DNA of 64,000 nucleotides from Perna viridis (Eukaryota): NCBI GenBank assembly GCA_037379345.1, contig CM074523.1, positions 12,654,551 to 12,718,550 of the forward strand, read 5' to 3'. Shown piece by piece: positions 51,949 to 64,000 of this stretch (position 1 is its first letter; each line of letters starts with the position of its first letter). The notes under the pieces were generated by a model. It saw only the letters and a program-made list of their open reading frames with translations, ran no database searches and was not told where the DNA came from. The position numbers and the translations under genes were made by a program.

Positions 51949-54541
51949 AAGGTAGGAAATAAACACTGTGAATACAAACGCATTATGTTGATGTTGCAAA
52001 TACCAGAATTGTCTTTCTTTTACCACAAAATGTCAATATTTAGAGTCTGTTCGGATGTTTTAGAAGTCTAAGTGAATGGACAAAAATAATTTAGTCGAAC
52101 ATTTTAATAAAATTATAAAAAGTTTATACATCATGCAAAAAGCATGACGCAAGAAACATTCAATGATAACTAATATGAAAATTGAGTCCGAGTTGTTCAT
52201 TGAATGTTGTTTCTTTTTATCACGCCCTTTTCCGATAATTTTCGAAAAATACAAATATGTTTTCAAACCTAGTCGCAGTAGGCAAATAAAAGTGCGCTTC
52301 CAAAATTTATCGCATGCAGTTACGTCACTGATCGGAAAATTCAACACAGTTTACAAACATAGACACAAAGAAAGAAGGCAGAATTTTGGAGTTTATCACA
52401 AACAGATTATTACATAATATTAATCGCGTAATTTGTTTTATAATGCCTCGTTCATGCTATCAACATACTAAATTTCTTAGGACTGATTGAACTATGCTAT
52501 AAAAAAAATTCTATGTGATAATTCTAATTTTAATCCATTTGCATCACGAACATCGTTCTATGACAATCAGTCAGTGACTGAAAGCACCAGTATATTTTCA
52601 TGGAAAAAAAAATATAAAAATAAACAACTCGATGGACAGTTTAACATATTAAGTTCAAATTTATAATTATTACTTAAATACAATCATATCACAATTTGTT
52701 ATAATTTGTAGCAATAATTAATGTGAGATTAGTGTGTATATATTATTTCAGTTGCCCTATGTTCTTTGTTGTGTTTGTCGGTTTTCCTTATCTGGTCTTT
52801 GTCACTGGATTACATTATTTTGAGTTCCGCTCAAATCTTGGTTCCTCTTTCTGTAATTATAGCAAACAGTGCTCTAAGACAAAAGATATAAAGACCATTA
52901 CCTTTACTAGAAACGTGACTCAAGACCTCTGGAAAACTTCATTGTGGCAGTCAAACCATTTTGAATATGGAACATGAACACCACGATGTGTTTGGCAATC
53001 TATGTGATACCAATAGAACCCCGGGTCAATTTCCACTTATTATAAAGCTTCTCCAGTGTGGTGTGTGGTGTGAGGAAAAAAACACTCTTAGACATTAAAG
53101 ATAGCGTTTGTAATTATAAGAAGTCTTATGAAAAATTAAAATAAGGAAAACATGTTCTTAATAGTAAAGTGTAACAAATGTTCACAATGAAACATCCAAG
53201 TCGCGCGGTAAGTGGTATCAAGAGACGTTTACTGTTCAGTTTAATCAAAAATATAACAAGCGTCCGTAAAATATCAATACCAGTATCATGTACACAATCA
53301 AACATATATAACTTACATAAAACATCGAATAATACCCCTCCATTACATCTGGATGGAAAATAACATTATCGAAAATACAAGTAACGTTTTCACAGAGTAA
53401 AAAATATCAAAGAGTAAACACATTTGGATATGCAAATATAGTCCTTTATGCTTGGAAGGCTAAACAAAAGAAAACCTAAGAAATATAATATTCCTTTCTC
53501 ACTCAAGACACAAAACAATTCCTATATTTAGCTGTGCTGCATTTGCATTTCCTGATGTGACCCACGGGCAAAGAGAGAGAACACTTGCACTTTCCACAAA
53601 CAATGACACAAAGAATGAATAAAGAATTATTGGACGATCATATCTGACCAATTTCGTATATGTGTTTTATCGAGAATAACTGGTGGTTGATTATATCTTG
53701 CAGTTTCTTCATACTGTTTTGAAGTGACCTACATTTTACACCTGGTCGTAACGTATCACTGGTCTGAAACGTCACAATCACTTGTTAAATACAGGTCACT
53801 TCAGTTAAAACATTTATCCGGAAAACTAATTCGAAGTGAGAAAAACATCTATTTTTGTCATGCAAGATTTTGAAATCTCAGACGCCCTTGGGGAAAATGT
53901 AACAGTTTCCTCGGGGGTCTTAGATATTCATATTTTGCACTTGTACAAGTGTTAGATTATCAAGTGCCAGTCCACATGAAATTCAGACACAACTAATAGT
54001 AAAGTAATTTATTGTCAAGTGAATGTTATCATCAAACAAACGATGCATTTTTAGTCTACGTATGCTATACTTTCACATAACAATCTTTTCTGCATTCAGA
54101 TCTGCACTTTTAAGAAAATATACGTATGTCTTCCACTAAAACTAACCAAATGAAACCATATCAAGAACGAAAACTCTTGCAAAGTGCAAATTCAATGTAC
54201 AATTTATATAATTTTTACCTTAAAAGCACAACATCCAAATGAAAAACTAAGACTGGTGATGTGGTCTGTATCTGATTCTGAATAAGAAATAAAGTAAATT
54301 TGGTGGGTTGATAACATGCATGAATCAAATCCTGTCTGATTTTTAGAAAGACTGTTACTTAAAATTTCATCTTATGTATTGGGTTGTAGACATTACTTTT
54401 AGTTAAAGTAGATAATTTGAAAAATACACGGGATGAAATAGCCTACTTTTGAAATTGTTCTGAATTGATTTTACAACAAAGAAATGCAAAATGGATTTTA
54501 ACGACTGGTGCTGTTGTCATTCAAGGTATATTGATGATGAT

Positions 54542-55042
54542 GGATTGATTGATTTATTGTTGGGGTTTAACGTGTCCGAGCAGCAATATTTCAACTATGT
54601 TCAGACGATGAATATGAAATGGATGATAAAATGAACATGAAATGATGATGAAATAAGAAAGGGATGAGACACAAGGACAACAGGGTCGACAAATTTAGAT
54701 TGCCACTAGAAAAAGGAAGGGATGGGTAGGCTCGGGCAACTTAGCCTCCTGTGGTGGAGCGCAAAGGCTCCTACTCCAGTCGAATACCACAGCAGGGTTC
54801 ATTAACGTGCAAGAAACGTGGCATTTTCCCAACACGGTGCACGTCTATTGTTCGCAGCCAGGTTACCCCAGGATGTAACACGCCAGGGATACCCCATTTC
54901 CCCACCTGGGGCACACAATCCAGTTACTCTGTGGGTAGAGCGCCTAGCCCCGGCTAGGTTTCTGAGCACTATTAAGTCGCCTTTTACGACAAGCTTAGCG
55001 CTATTGCAGGCATATTCTTTTGACCCCGGACCTGCACGGGGC
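54542..55042 (-). mobile_element. SINE-like retroposon, copy 3
   Basis: Same 5' end, body and tail as copies 1 and 2; (CAAT)n tail; no clear TSD. Confidence 0.92.
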
Positions 55043-55121
55043 CGAAAGTTGTCTTTTTTTGATGCAGTGATCTGATTGGCTACTCTATCAGATTGCTCAT
55101 TTAATCCAGACAAGACGTTTG

Positions 55122-55362
55122 ATGAGCACCTCGGCGGGAGTTTCTAGAAAAGCAGAGGAGTCTGACCCTACCTGTGCACCTTTTGCATGTTCCCAGTTTT
55201 CAGTCGAATCCGAGTTGCTCATGTGCTTTTGTAGCTTTGTGTGTATGATTTAAGCTACTTTGTGTTCTTTGTTGTGTATGTCTGTTTTTCATTTCTGGTC
55301 TTTGTCCCTTGATTGCATTCTTTTGATTACCGCTATAATCTTTGGTTCCCTTGATTTCTCTT
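55122..55362 (+). mobile_element. Penelope-like 3' fragment
   Basis: atgagcacctcgg..ccgagttgctcat..ggttcccttgatt. Confidence 0.88.
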
Positions 55363-56577
55363 AAACAAGGTACCGCTAGATCGTTAGAAGAATGATCCCA
55401 TATTTTTTTTCAATCCATGCTGATAGTCACTTTTTTTCTAAGATCTATTTTTGTAATGAGAGGTTTCTGGAATGACATATCAGAAGGCCGAGTTCACATC
55501 ATGATTATGTTGTGCTGTTATTTGATAAACATTTTCCTGAGGTTTTCTGCCAAATGTGCATGCATGTATCTATGAGGTGCTCTGTTTCGTTTCCATCTTA
55601 GCATGCATTATAAGCTTCGTCTTATATGTTTCTGTAAGATATTCATATAGGAGGAAAGTTTTATTCTGACTTTTTTGTACTCATGCATGGTTTTATTTGC
55701 ACGAATCAGCACTGTCTACTCTTGAAGAAAACATACGTACAATAATCGTCCGGCTTTTATTTTATAATAGGTTTTCATTACACAGAGGTCCTGATCTATA
55801 TGACCGGTCTTTTGTTCCATTTTCAAGTCAGTTTTCACAATTAAATACTCATTCAACAGTACTTTCACAGTCATCCTTGGTTTATATGAACGGAGTGACA
55901 CCTGTTGTGTTGCTCAAATTTGTTGGGTTTTTTTTCAATTAAAAGTACTGACATTTAATTTTACATTTAATATTTTGAAGAAGAGGGTAAAGTAAAGATG
56001 CAACTTGCTGATAGTAGTGGGGAGAAGATGTTTTCCCAATATTTTTGTTTTATTTGTTGAATTTCACAAAGTGCAACTTTAATTTTGTCCATGATGCTTT
56101 ACATCACTTAATTCCCTAGTAAGGAATCCCTAAGGATCTGATGGTCTTCATGTTTATTGCCGCTACTTTCAATGTTCAGTCTATTCATATCAGGTTTATT
56201 ATGTGATCCCCTGTATAGGTACACATGTATAGCAATAAAATCTGATCCTTACAGAAACTGACACTTAAATAGAATGGTCATCAACAGTACAAACTATAAA
56301 ACACAAGCTCAATTTGGTTTGGGGCTTTCATCAGTTGTATTTTTTTTGCATGTAATGAACATGTTCTTAAGGTAAGTGGTTACATAGTTTTCTTATGATG
56401 AATAGTGGATTTGTATTAACAAGATTTAATTCGAATTACTATTCTGTTCATGATTTCTATCATGTAAATTTGCCTTACATGATTTATACACAAGCCGTAA
56501 TCAAACACAAGATCAATGTTTCAACATTCAAAAGTTAAATTGTTATATGCATTTGATTTTAGACATTTTTCTTATAG

Positions 56578-57678
56578 CTATCTGATCCGAAAGAAAGAAT
56601 ATCGTTTAGCGGATCCTTTAATCTCAGTTTTCCGCTATAAAGATGACGTATTATCTTTAAACAATCCTAATTTTTGGGATTTGATACATCGCATCTACAA
56701 CAAAGAACTTGAGATAAAGGATACTACAGACACTGTCAAGTCAGCCTCATGTCTTGACCTACACTTAGAAATCGATGGAAAAGGAAAACCTTTGACTAAA
56801 CTTTACGACAAACGTGATGACTTTTCATTTCATCTGTACCAAATAATATTTCATAAAAAGCAAAATGCAATTAATTATACACATAATAAATAGAAATTGG
56901 ATGTATTATATAGACAATAACACTGCAATAAACGGCCGGTATTCAAATTGGAACAAATTGTGCCCCTCTACTCCCTAACACATTCTTTCACTCCTTTCAA
57001 GCTGACTATAGCTGATCTGATCCAAAGGAGGCAACATCTTTTAGCCGTATCCTATGATCTCAGTTTCCGCTAAATAGATGAGGTAGTATCATTAAACAAT
57101 CGTAGTTTCGGGGATTTTATACATTGCATTTACCCCCAAAGAACTTGAACTAAAGGATACTACAGACAGTATCTTGACCTGCACTTATATATCGATGGTA
57201 AAAGGAAAACTATTGACAAAAGCTTTCCGTAACTTCGCAGAATTTTACCGCGCTAGACACCTTACAAATAGGCTTTTAAACCAACATTTTGTTGGTACAA
57301 GATTGAAGTTATCACTACAAAAGTCATGGTCATGGTTATGGTCGTCATCATAAATAAGTGTATCGTTACGGTGTATCCATCTGAACCATGGGAACATTTT
57401 TTGTTGGACGTGTCATAGTTTTTCTTTTCTCTGTCGTCTACCTGGTGCTCAGCAGGTGTTTCTTAAAAAGCAGATGACGCTTATCTTACCTGTGCAGTTG
57501 GTCCATGAACCCAGTGTTAGTGAGGCCCGAGTTGCTCATTCACTTTTTTGGCTTTGTACGTATTATTGTTTGTCATTTTATGTTATTTGTTGTGTGGCTG
57601 TTTTCCCAGTCCGGACAGTGTCCCTTGATTAAGTTCTGTTGATTTCTGCTAGAATCTTGGTCCTTTTGACTTCTCTTT
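56578..57678 (+). mobile_element. Two tandem, partly redundant Penelope-like RT fragments (56578-56830, 57010-57678)
   Basis: FRYKDDVLSLNN (YxDD motif), KDTTDTVKSASCLDLHLEID..KLYDKRDDFSF; the second copy runs on through the 3' region. Confidence 0.88.
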
Positions 57679-59134
57679 TATTGTAGCGTTTTCGATGTCA
57701 TAAAAGAAAATTATATTCAGTCAGTGACTAAATATTGACTGCCCAATAAGAACGGTTGCAGTCAAAATACATTTTTTCTATTTCTCTCTGTTCGATTATA
57801 GTTTTGAAAAAGTTCAAAATTTCAAGTACAACGATAATTTGCATGTAACACATCTGCATCAGCGGTCAACCTCTGTTATTGAGTATTACCTCCCCTATAT
57901 GACTAGATTTATAGATAGATTAAATGATTGCTGTCTGTTTAACGTCCAGTATGTACAAGGACACATATTTGGCGTTTGTTTATGATATTTTGTTCACGCA
58001 ATAAAAACTGGGAACATAGACCAGATGCACAGGTAGGGTAAGCGTCCTCTGCCTTTCTAGAAAAAGCCGCCGAATTTTAATATAGATAGGAAACCCTATC
58101 ATTATACCTAGGTAGTAATATCTTCAGCAAAGAAAACAAAAACAAATTCTATGAGTTTAACGTTCATTTGGCATGTTTAATTTAAATAATACAACCATTC
58201 CTCTCATGCTACATCATAATACTTTAACTCACTAAAAGACTACAACATGCTGTTTAGGATGCAAATAAGTAAATGGTTAAAATGACGGAAAATGCATGTA
58301 TAAACGAGACTATTGACACACAACTACTTACTAAGAACGAAGCAGTTAACATGGCGAAACTAATATGCACTCATAAAACGGACAGCACGGCCCTGACGAA
58401 ATGACAGATCAACTAAGGGACTATAAAAGTGTGAGCACTTCCTGCATTCTGTAAGACCTACGCCGAGCTGCTCATTCAATTCTACTTAAAGTGAAAAGTT
58501 ATATATGATAGATGTAGTCGTTAGAGTATAAACATACAGAGACGCCAAAGATTACTTTTTTTGTAATTCTCCCGAGATGTTACTTAAAACTTTAAATCAA
58601 ACAAAAACATCATAGTCAAACATCTTATGATGTATGTATTTAAGTACCTGTTAACATCCAAATTCAGACACTACCATATGGTGAAATGATTTAAGGTGTA
58701 GAAAATGCCACCAAACAAACAATACTGTTTCTGTCTTCACGATACATTTATGTATTTACATAACGAAAAACATTTCTGCATTCAGATCTTTACTTCATAC
58801 ATTCAACTCCCAAATACCCTACTGGTATACTGATACACTATTACTTCATGTTCTGTAATTAATTCAATATCACATTACGTAATTAAATGTATGTAAACTA
58901 ATGCTGTGATCTGTGGGAAACAATGCTATTCTTTAAACTCAAAATGTTTTAGATTGAAAAACAAATTATTTTCGCAAAAAAAAAAAATAATAATAAAAAA
59001 AAAAAATTAGGAAAATAAAATGAAATAAAAACGACATGGAGATGCATTGACGACAAACGTTCACATTGGGGCATTGTGTTATGAGTTTTGCCACAATAAA
59101 TGAATTGTTGTTTCTACTATAGGAATTGTTCAAA

Positions 59135-59262
59135 AGAATAATTAGGGGAACCAAGATCATAGAGGTAATCAAAAGAATGTTACTCAGGGACAAAGACCAG
59201 ACATGGAAAACAGACATACACAACAAAGAACATAAAGTAACTAAAATCATACATACAAAGTA
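59135..59262 (-). mobile_element. Penelope-like 3' fragment (smaller ones at 23620-23670, 41055-41235, 49180-49460, 52755-52850, 58003-58075)
   Basis: Close match to the shared 3' region. Confidence 0.85.
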
Positions 59263-60360
59263 ACTGAGCAGTTAATACTTAGTACATATATTCGATAGTC
59301 CTTATAAGGTAAACCGAAATTATACGGTACGGTATTAAATTTCGTTTCGCTCTCCTACACCATTCTTCTGTTTATTTATTCATTATTTGTTTTTATGCAT
59401 CAGAAAATTGTCTTGACTTTAGTCTAAATTTTAAATGTACGTAGATTCCGGTACGCATGTACATGAACAAACAGGTATATTTTAACATTTTGTTTTTAAA
59501 TGCTACTTTGTTTAATAATTTTGAGAAGCGTGCGGCTTTCATCGAAGAACGTAAGAAGTTCAATGGGAAAGTTTTTGATCATAAAAAAAGATAAAGACAT
59601 GTTACTGGAGAGTTTGTTTGCGTACTTGGTTGAATTTGTAATCATACCATCAATATATTTGATAACGGTTTAAAGTCGTTTTAAGACTGACCAACAAAAG
59701 GCAAAAGGATTTCAGAACACCAGATATAGCAAATTCAAGTTATCTTCCAATGTTTGTGGTGTATGCATAGACCATTCTCGTTTATTAATTGACTAAATTC
59801 GATCAATTTTTTATTATTTTTTAATTTAATGAATTTAATTAAGTAAATGTATGTGTTTTTCCATGTAGTATATACAATTTAAGCATTATTATAAACAAAT
59901 TCCTGCCTATAAGTTTAAGCATGAAATATTTAACATATGTTCCACTGTGCTTTCAATGGCAATCGATTTTATGAAATTGTATTTGAAATTAGGGTTGCAT
60001 CGTCCAAATGCAAACTTCTAAACGTCCTACTTATAAAAGTAAAGTTTGAAACAATATTTAAAAAAATGTACTAAATTTCTACAAAATATTACACAATAAC
60101 TACTTCTATCTTGGGTAATAGTATTATTCAAGAACAATTCGGAAGTAATTCTTTTATATCATTTTATACATTACCATTTCGTTCATATAATGAAAGTTGC
60201 TTTATTTCAACTTTTTGTATACCTCAGGCTATACATGTCCTGTTTGAGAATGACGAGCTTGAATCTGAAAATTGCGAGTTACATCTGTATGAAATTCTGG
60301 TCAATCAGAACTACTCCCGGTTGAAACCAGAAAGGCCGAGTAGTTGCGGCACATTTCAAT

Positions 60361-60652
60361 AATTTGATCCCCTATCCTACATAACAACACCTAGATGAGC
60401 TGTCTCGTATTACCATACATTTTGTACTAAGTTGCAACCCTAGATTAATCCTACTGTGAGGTTTGACCTGGACGGCAAAAGCTATTTTTTTATATAACCT
60501 ACCTGGCCTAATTGCTTAGAGCTGTCAAATTTGCGAAGCAAATTTTTGGTCGTTCCCTCCAAGGAACTCAAATTCGTATCGCTGTGACATTTATGGCAAC
60601 ACCGCCTGCACAAAATCCAGCGCCCTAGACCGCTCGGCCAGCTAGGCTATAT
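60361..60652. mobile_element. Second copy of the tRNA-cassette repeat, internally inverted
   Basis: 60361-60519 matches the reverse complement of 5585-5427; 60516-60652 matches 5318-5453 directly. Confidence 0.85.
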
Positions 60653-61774
60653 AAATCTTTTCTTTACTTTCTTCTCGTATTTGTGCGTGATGCATTATTG
60701 TTCTGTCTTCTGTTTATGGAATGCCTGTCGTTTTTATCAACTGATTACAATATAAAAGAACAGTTATCTTTCAGTAATGCATAATTCTATTAATCACTTA
60801 ATTATATCTACAATTTGCAAAGAGAATGTTGTACTATATGTACTTATATAACGCAATTTTAATTTCCACGTAAGCTGCTTTCAAAGAAAGACAAACGTCA
60901 TTCGACTTATTGATATTTAAAAAAAAGTTTATTCATAATGTATAAACCATTTATTTGTAAACCTGCTTTGATTATCACTCTTGGTAAGTGAAGTCCTATA
61001 AATCGTACAGTATTGGATATAAATTGTATTTGTGTTCGCTAGCTACCCTGTGTTTGAAGTTCGTCCCTCTTTCTTGATTTCACGTTGAGGTCTTTTAATT
61101 ATTTTGATGTCCATAGATTGTCTTTCAAATTTGTTGGAATGCTATTTTAGTAATCGATTTAAGCGCTTGTCATCCATAATTAAGAAGACAATGATTAAAT
61201 ATTATTTATAACATAAACTGTACTGAATTGTTCGTCAGGAAAATTGACATACGTTAATTGAAATATTTTGGAGTCGCCGACCAGATGTATATAAAACGGG
61301 TTAACTGAAAGAGACTCACTTAACAGAAGTAATAAATTCTAAACAGTATTCACAAGAAATTTCCGTGTAGTAAATTACAATAGCAAATAAAAAAATGAAG
61401 TTAGAAACAACCCAGATGGTCCTGACTTAATGCAGATATTCTAATCAGAATGAAGGTTTAAACATATGACAATTTTGCAGAATCAAAATAACAGCTCGAC
61501 CTTCTGGAATCCTTTAATGCTAGATAATTATTGGACCACAAAAGCACTAATACCTATGATTTTTTCAACCCTTTATACTACTATTCCATATATTCAGTGA
61601 ACATCTAGACTCAGCAGTAGTATACATTGTTGCTGCTCCAAACAAAAGACAGTACACCTAGATACTAAAGCGTAGTACATGGTAGAGAATTTCCATATTT
61701 TGTGAAAAACGATTCCATATCATCTTCTAAACATACTTAAGAGAGTTTTATCAAAGTGCTGAAATTCATCAACT

Positions 61775-62570
61775 ATTCATATTACAACGCATTCATTATG
61801 CCAGAGCTTGCCATAACTGCGCAGACCTTTTGTCTAGAGCTCAGATTATGAAAGTCTTTAAACAAGTCAAGTTTTTGAGATTTCATACATCGAATCTACC
61901 CCAAAGTTCTTTAGAAAAGGGACACTACATACCATCAAGTCAGCCTTTTATCTAGCTTGACTCGTACTAAGATATCATGGATCATGACCAAACTATACAA
62001 CAAACACGATGACTTTTCATTCCGTATTGTCCAATTTCCTTTCTGCTGTGCCAACACCCCTTCAGCGGCGCCTGTTGATGGAGTTTTTTTTATGTCGATT
62101 ACAACTCATGCATTATGCCAGTGCTTGCTATAACTATGCTGACTTATTGTACCCTGCTAGACGTTTTTACAGGGTTATGGTTGTGCAAAATTAAAAGTAG
62201 TTATAATTACAGAAATTCTATAGTAATCATCATGAACACATAGATTATTACGGTGTATATATCTGCAACATGCCGCCGGTTTTGTTCAGTGTGCCATATT
62301 AACCTTGGTCTTCTGCATCGAAGCTGGACGTGGCATAGCAAGTATTTATAGCGAAAAAAAAAAACAGAAAACGCTCCTGGTATTTACTTCCGTTTTTTTT
62401 TTTTTTTTTTGTGGATACTGGATGTTTATTTACTTTTGTTTCTTTGTAAGTGTTAGTTTGCTTTTATCACGTTCCTTGATGTTTTTTTTTAATTTCCCGT
62501 TTTGTCTTTATCCTTTTTATTCAGTATTTTGCAGGTACTTATTTGTCTGTATTTTCGATATATTTCGTTG
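61775..62570 (+). mobile_element. Old degenerate Penelope-like RT fragments
   Basis: KLYNKHDDFSFRIVQF, QLMHYASACYNYADLLYPAR. Confidence 0.8.
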
Positions 62571-63150
62571 ATGTATTTTCTAAATCTAAATTTCAGTTAT
62601 CTTTTCAATGTCAAATTAATTATGACTGTGTCCTCGAACAATGATTTTTGGAAAGCTATGCTAATTTACCAAGTGAGCTTTCAAAATTAAGACAATAGGA
62701 ACCGTGTTAAGGCACCTTCTTTTCACCTACATCATAGCTCAACACTACCCACGCCATAAAGAAATAGATTAAAAGACTGTCGGACCAGATTATTACTTGC
62801 ATGAAAATGACATAGGATGTGTCCATGTTATCTACCTCTGGAATGCCGAACATTATTTCAAGAATAAGAATATCATCAGGTGCACAAACAAATATTCAAA
62901 TAATTTGTAAATTGATTCATTTCTAGTACATCTCCTTTATATCTTCTCTGATAAACTGTAAACGTATTGACTTTTGGGGAAAGAAAACCGCTAGTATACG
63001 TAAAAATATTTAAACGCTATATGACGCTAATTAATTTTTAAAACCGCAAACATAGATACCTGCGATTATGTTCAAAATGAGTAAAAACTTAGCATCCCCA
63101 AAAAAGTATACGTTTGAAGGGACCTTTTTTCACTTTTGCAAATTTAGTGA

Positions 63151-63814
63151 TCAGTTATAAAAAATATACAAAAAATGTATTACATTTATGACAGAAATGA
63201 ATAAAATCTGTGTCCTGTAAAAAGATAGAGTGTAATTAATAGTGTTGCTTGTATTGTTAGTGTGAAATGGACCAATTGGACATTGTTTCTGAGAAAAAAA
63301 ATTGTGACATTGAAAATTAATGATAACGTGAAGTAGTTCTTGGTAAAATTGCTCCTGCCTTTTGTTGAATTGCTTACACGGATGTAGATTTCCATCATAC
63401 CGGCAGTCAGTTGGTTTCTTGCAAACATCCTTTTTCTTCTCTTCTTCTTTCTGTGTACAGATTACTCGGACCTGTCTTGGACCAGTTCCAGGGTTACCAC
63501 CTTCAAATAAATCGCAGTCACAATTTTCTATTAACATCTGCACAGGAATTTTTGCCGCGCTTATTACTCGCAATTGACGTTTTCGTCTTGATTGACAATC
63601 GCATTCGTTCGTCGGTTCATCCCAACAATAACCGCGTCGCGCCACACACTGTCGTTTACTATGAGTTTGCTGAGGTCTTCTTAATACTTCAAACGGACTT
63701 TGTCTGACACTAGTTTGGGTTCCTACTCTTTTACTGGTGCTTGTTGGTCGCCTCCCCCATGATTCGTCGTATGTTTTTTATATATAGTATACCCAGAAGG
63801 AATACTATCTTCAT
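63151..63814 (-). CDS. Secreted multi-peptide Cys-rich precursor with a 1-nt frameshift (assembly error or young pseudogene)
   Basis: Acceptor TTGCAG|A then ATG at 63814, MKIVFLLGILYI. Removing one base from the 6-nt run at 63774-63779 joins it to the long open frame ..DESWGRRPTSTSKR..SKR-QC..RRKR-QL..NKR-QE.. (220 aa, 12 Cys). Confidence 0.7.
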
Positions 63815-64000
63815 TCTGCAAATAAAACAAAAATTCTTAAAAATAGCAGTTAAAATTTTACAATTGATTCTATAAAACATATTTGATATATTTTCTATGT
63901 TTTCGAAAGACATTATATAATTACAGAAAAATATAAATTGTGTAGCTATTCCCATTATTTAGGCATTTCGTAAAATTCATTGATAGCCGATCTTGACAAA

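Noticed and set aside
54751-55113. Overlapping GC-rich ORFs, also 36901-37248 and 9106-9294
   Set aside because: All fall inside the SINE-like copies and the frames are not conserved between copies.
57382-57384. TGA at a position that is TGC in other Penelope-like copies (possible selenocysteine, known in some clam Naiads)
   Set aside because: It occurs in one heavily decayed copy only; the best copy uses normal Cys codons and I see no SECIS in the 3' region.

Overview
AT-rich (roughly 30% GC by eye), repeat-dense eukaryotic genomic DNA. The repeat families look like those of bivalve molluscs (inferred, not checked by search). There is no prokaryotic content and no CRISPR array, and most ORFs in the supplied track are spurious or transposon debris. 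Three host genes can be read. (1) A minus-strand gene at 2953-3324 with one coding exon encodes a secreted 10-Cys peptide. It sits in a tandemly duplicated region (1-11814) that also holds a collapsed paralog and five copies of a first-exon/splice-donor module. (2) A plus-strand ADAMTS-like (M12B) metalloprotease gene has 14 reconstructable exons (38131-46885). Its zinc motif reads HLLGHSLNALHD, so the catalytic Glu is lost. (3) A minus-strand, prohormone-like Cys-rich precursor at 63151-63814 has three KR|Q processing sites and a 1-nt frameshift in a homopolymer. Mobile DNA includes about 20 fragments of a Penelope-like (Naiad-type) retroelement, a decayed Tx1/L1 element, RTEX-like fragments, a 3.5-kb Kolobok-like DNA transposon and several satellite-bearing elements. 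There are also three full-length copies of a ~510-bp SINE-like retroposon whose 5' head is a pseudoknot rather than a tRNA, and a 470-bp inverted repeat upstream of the protease gene.
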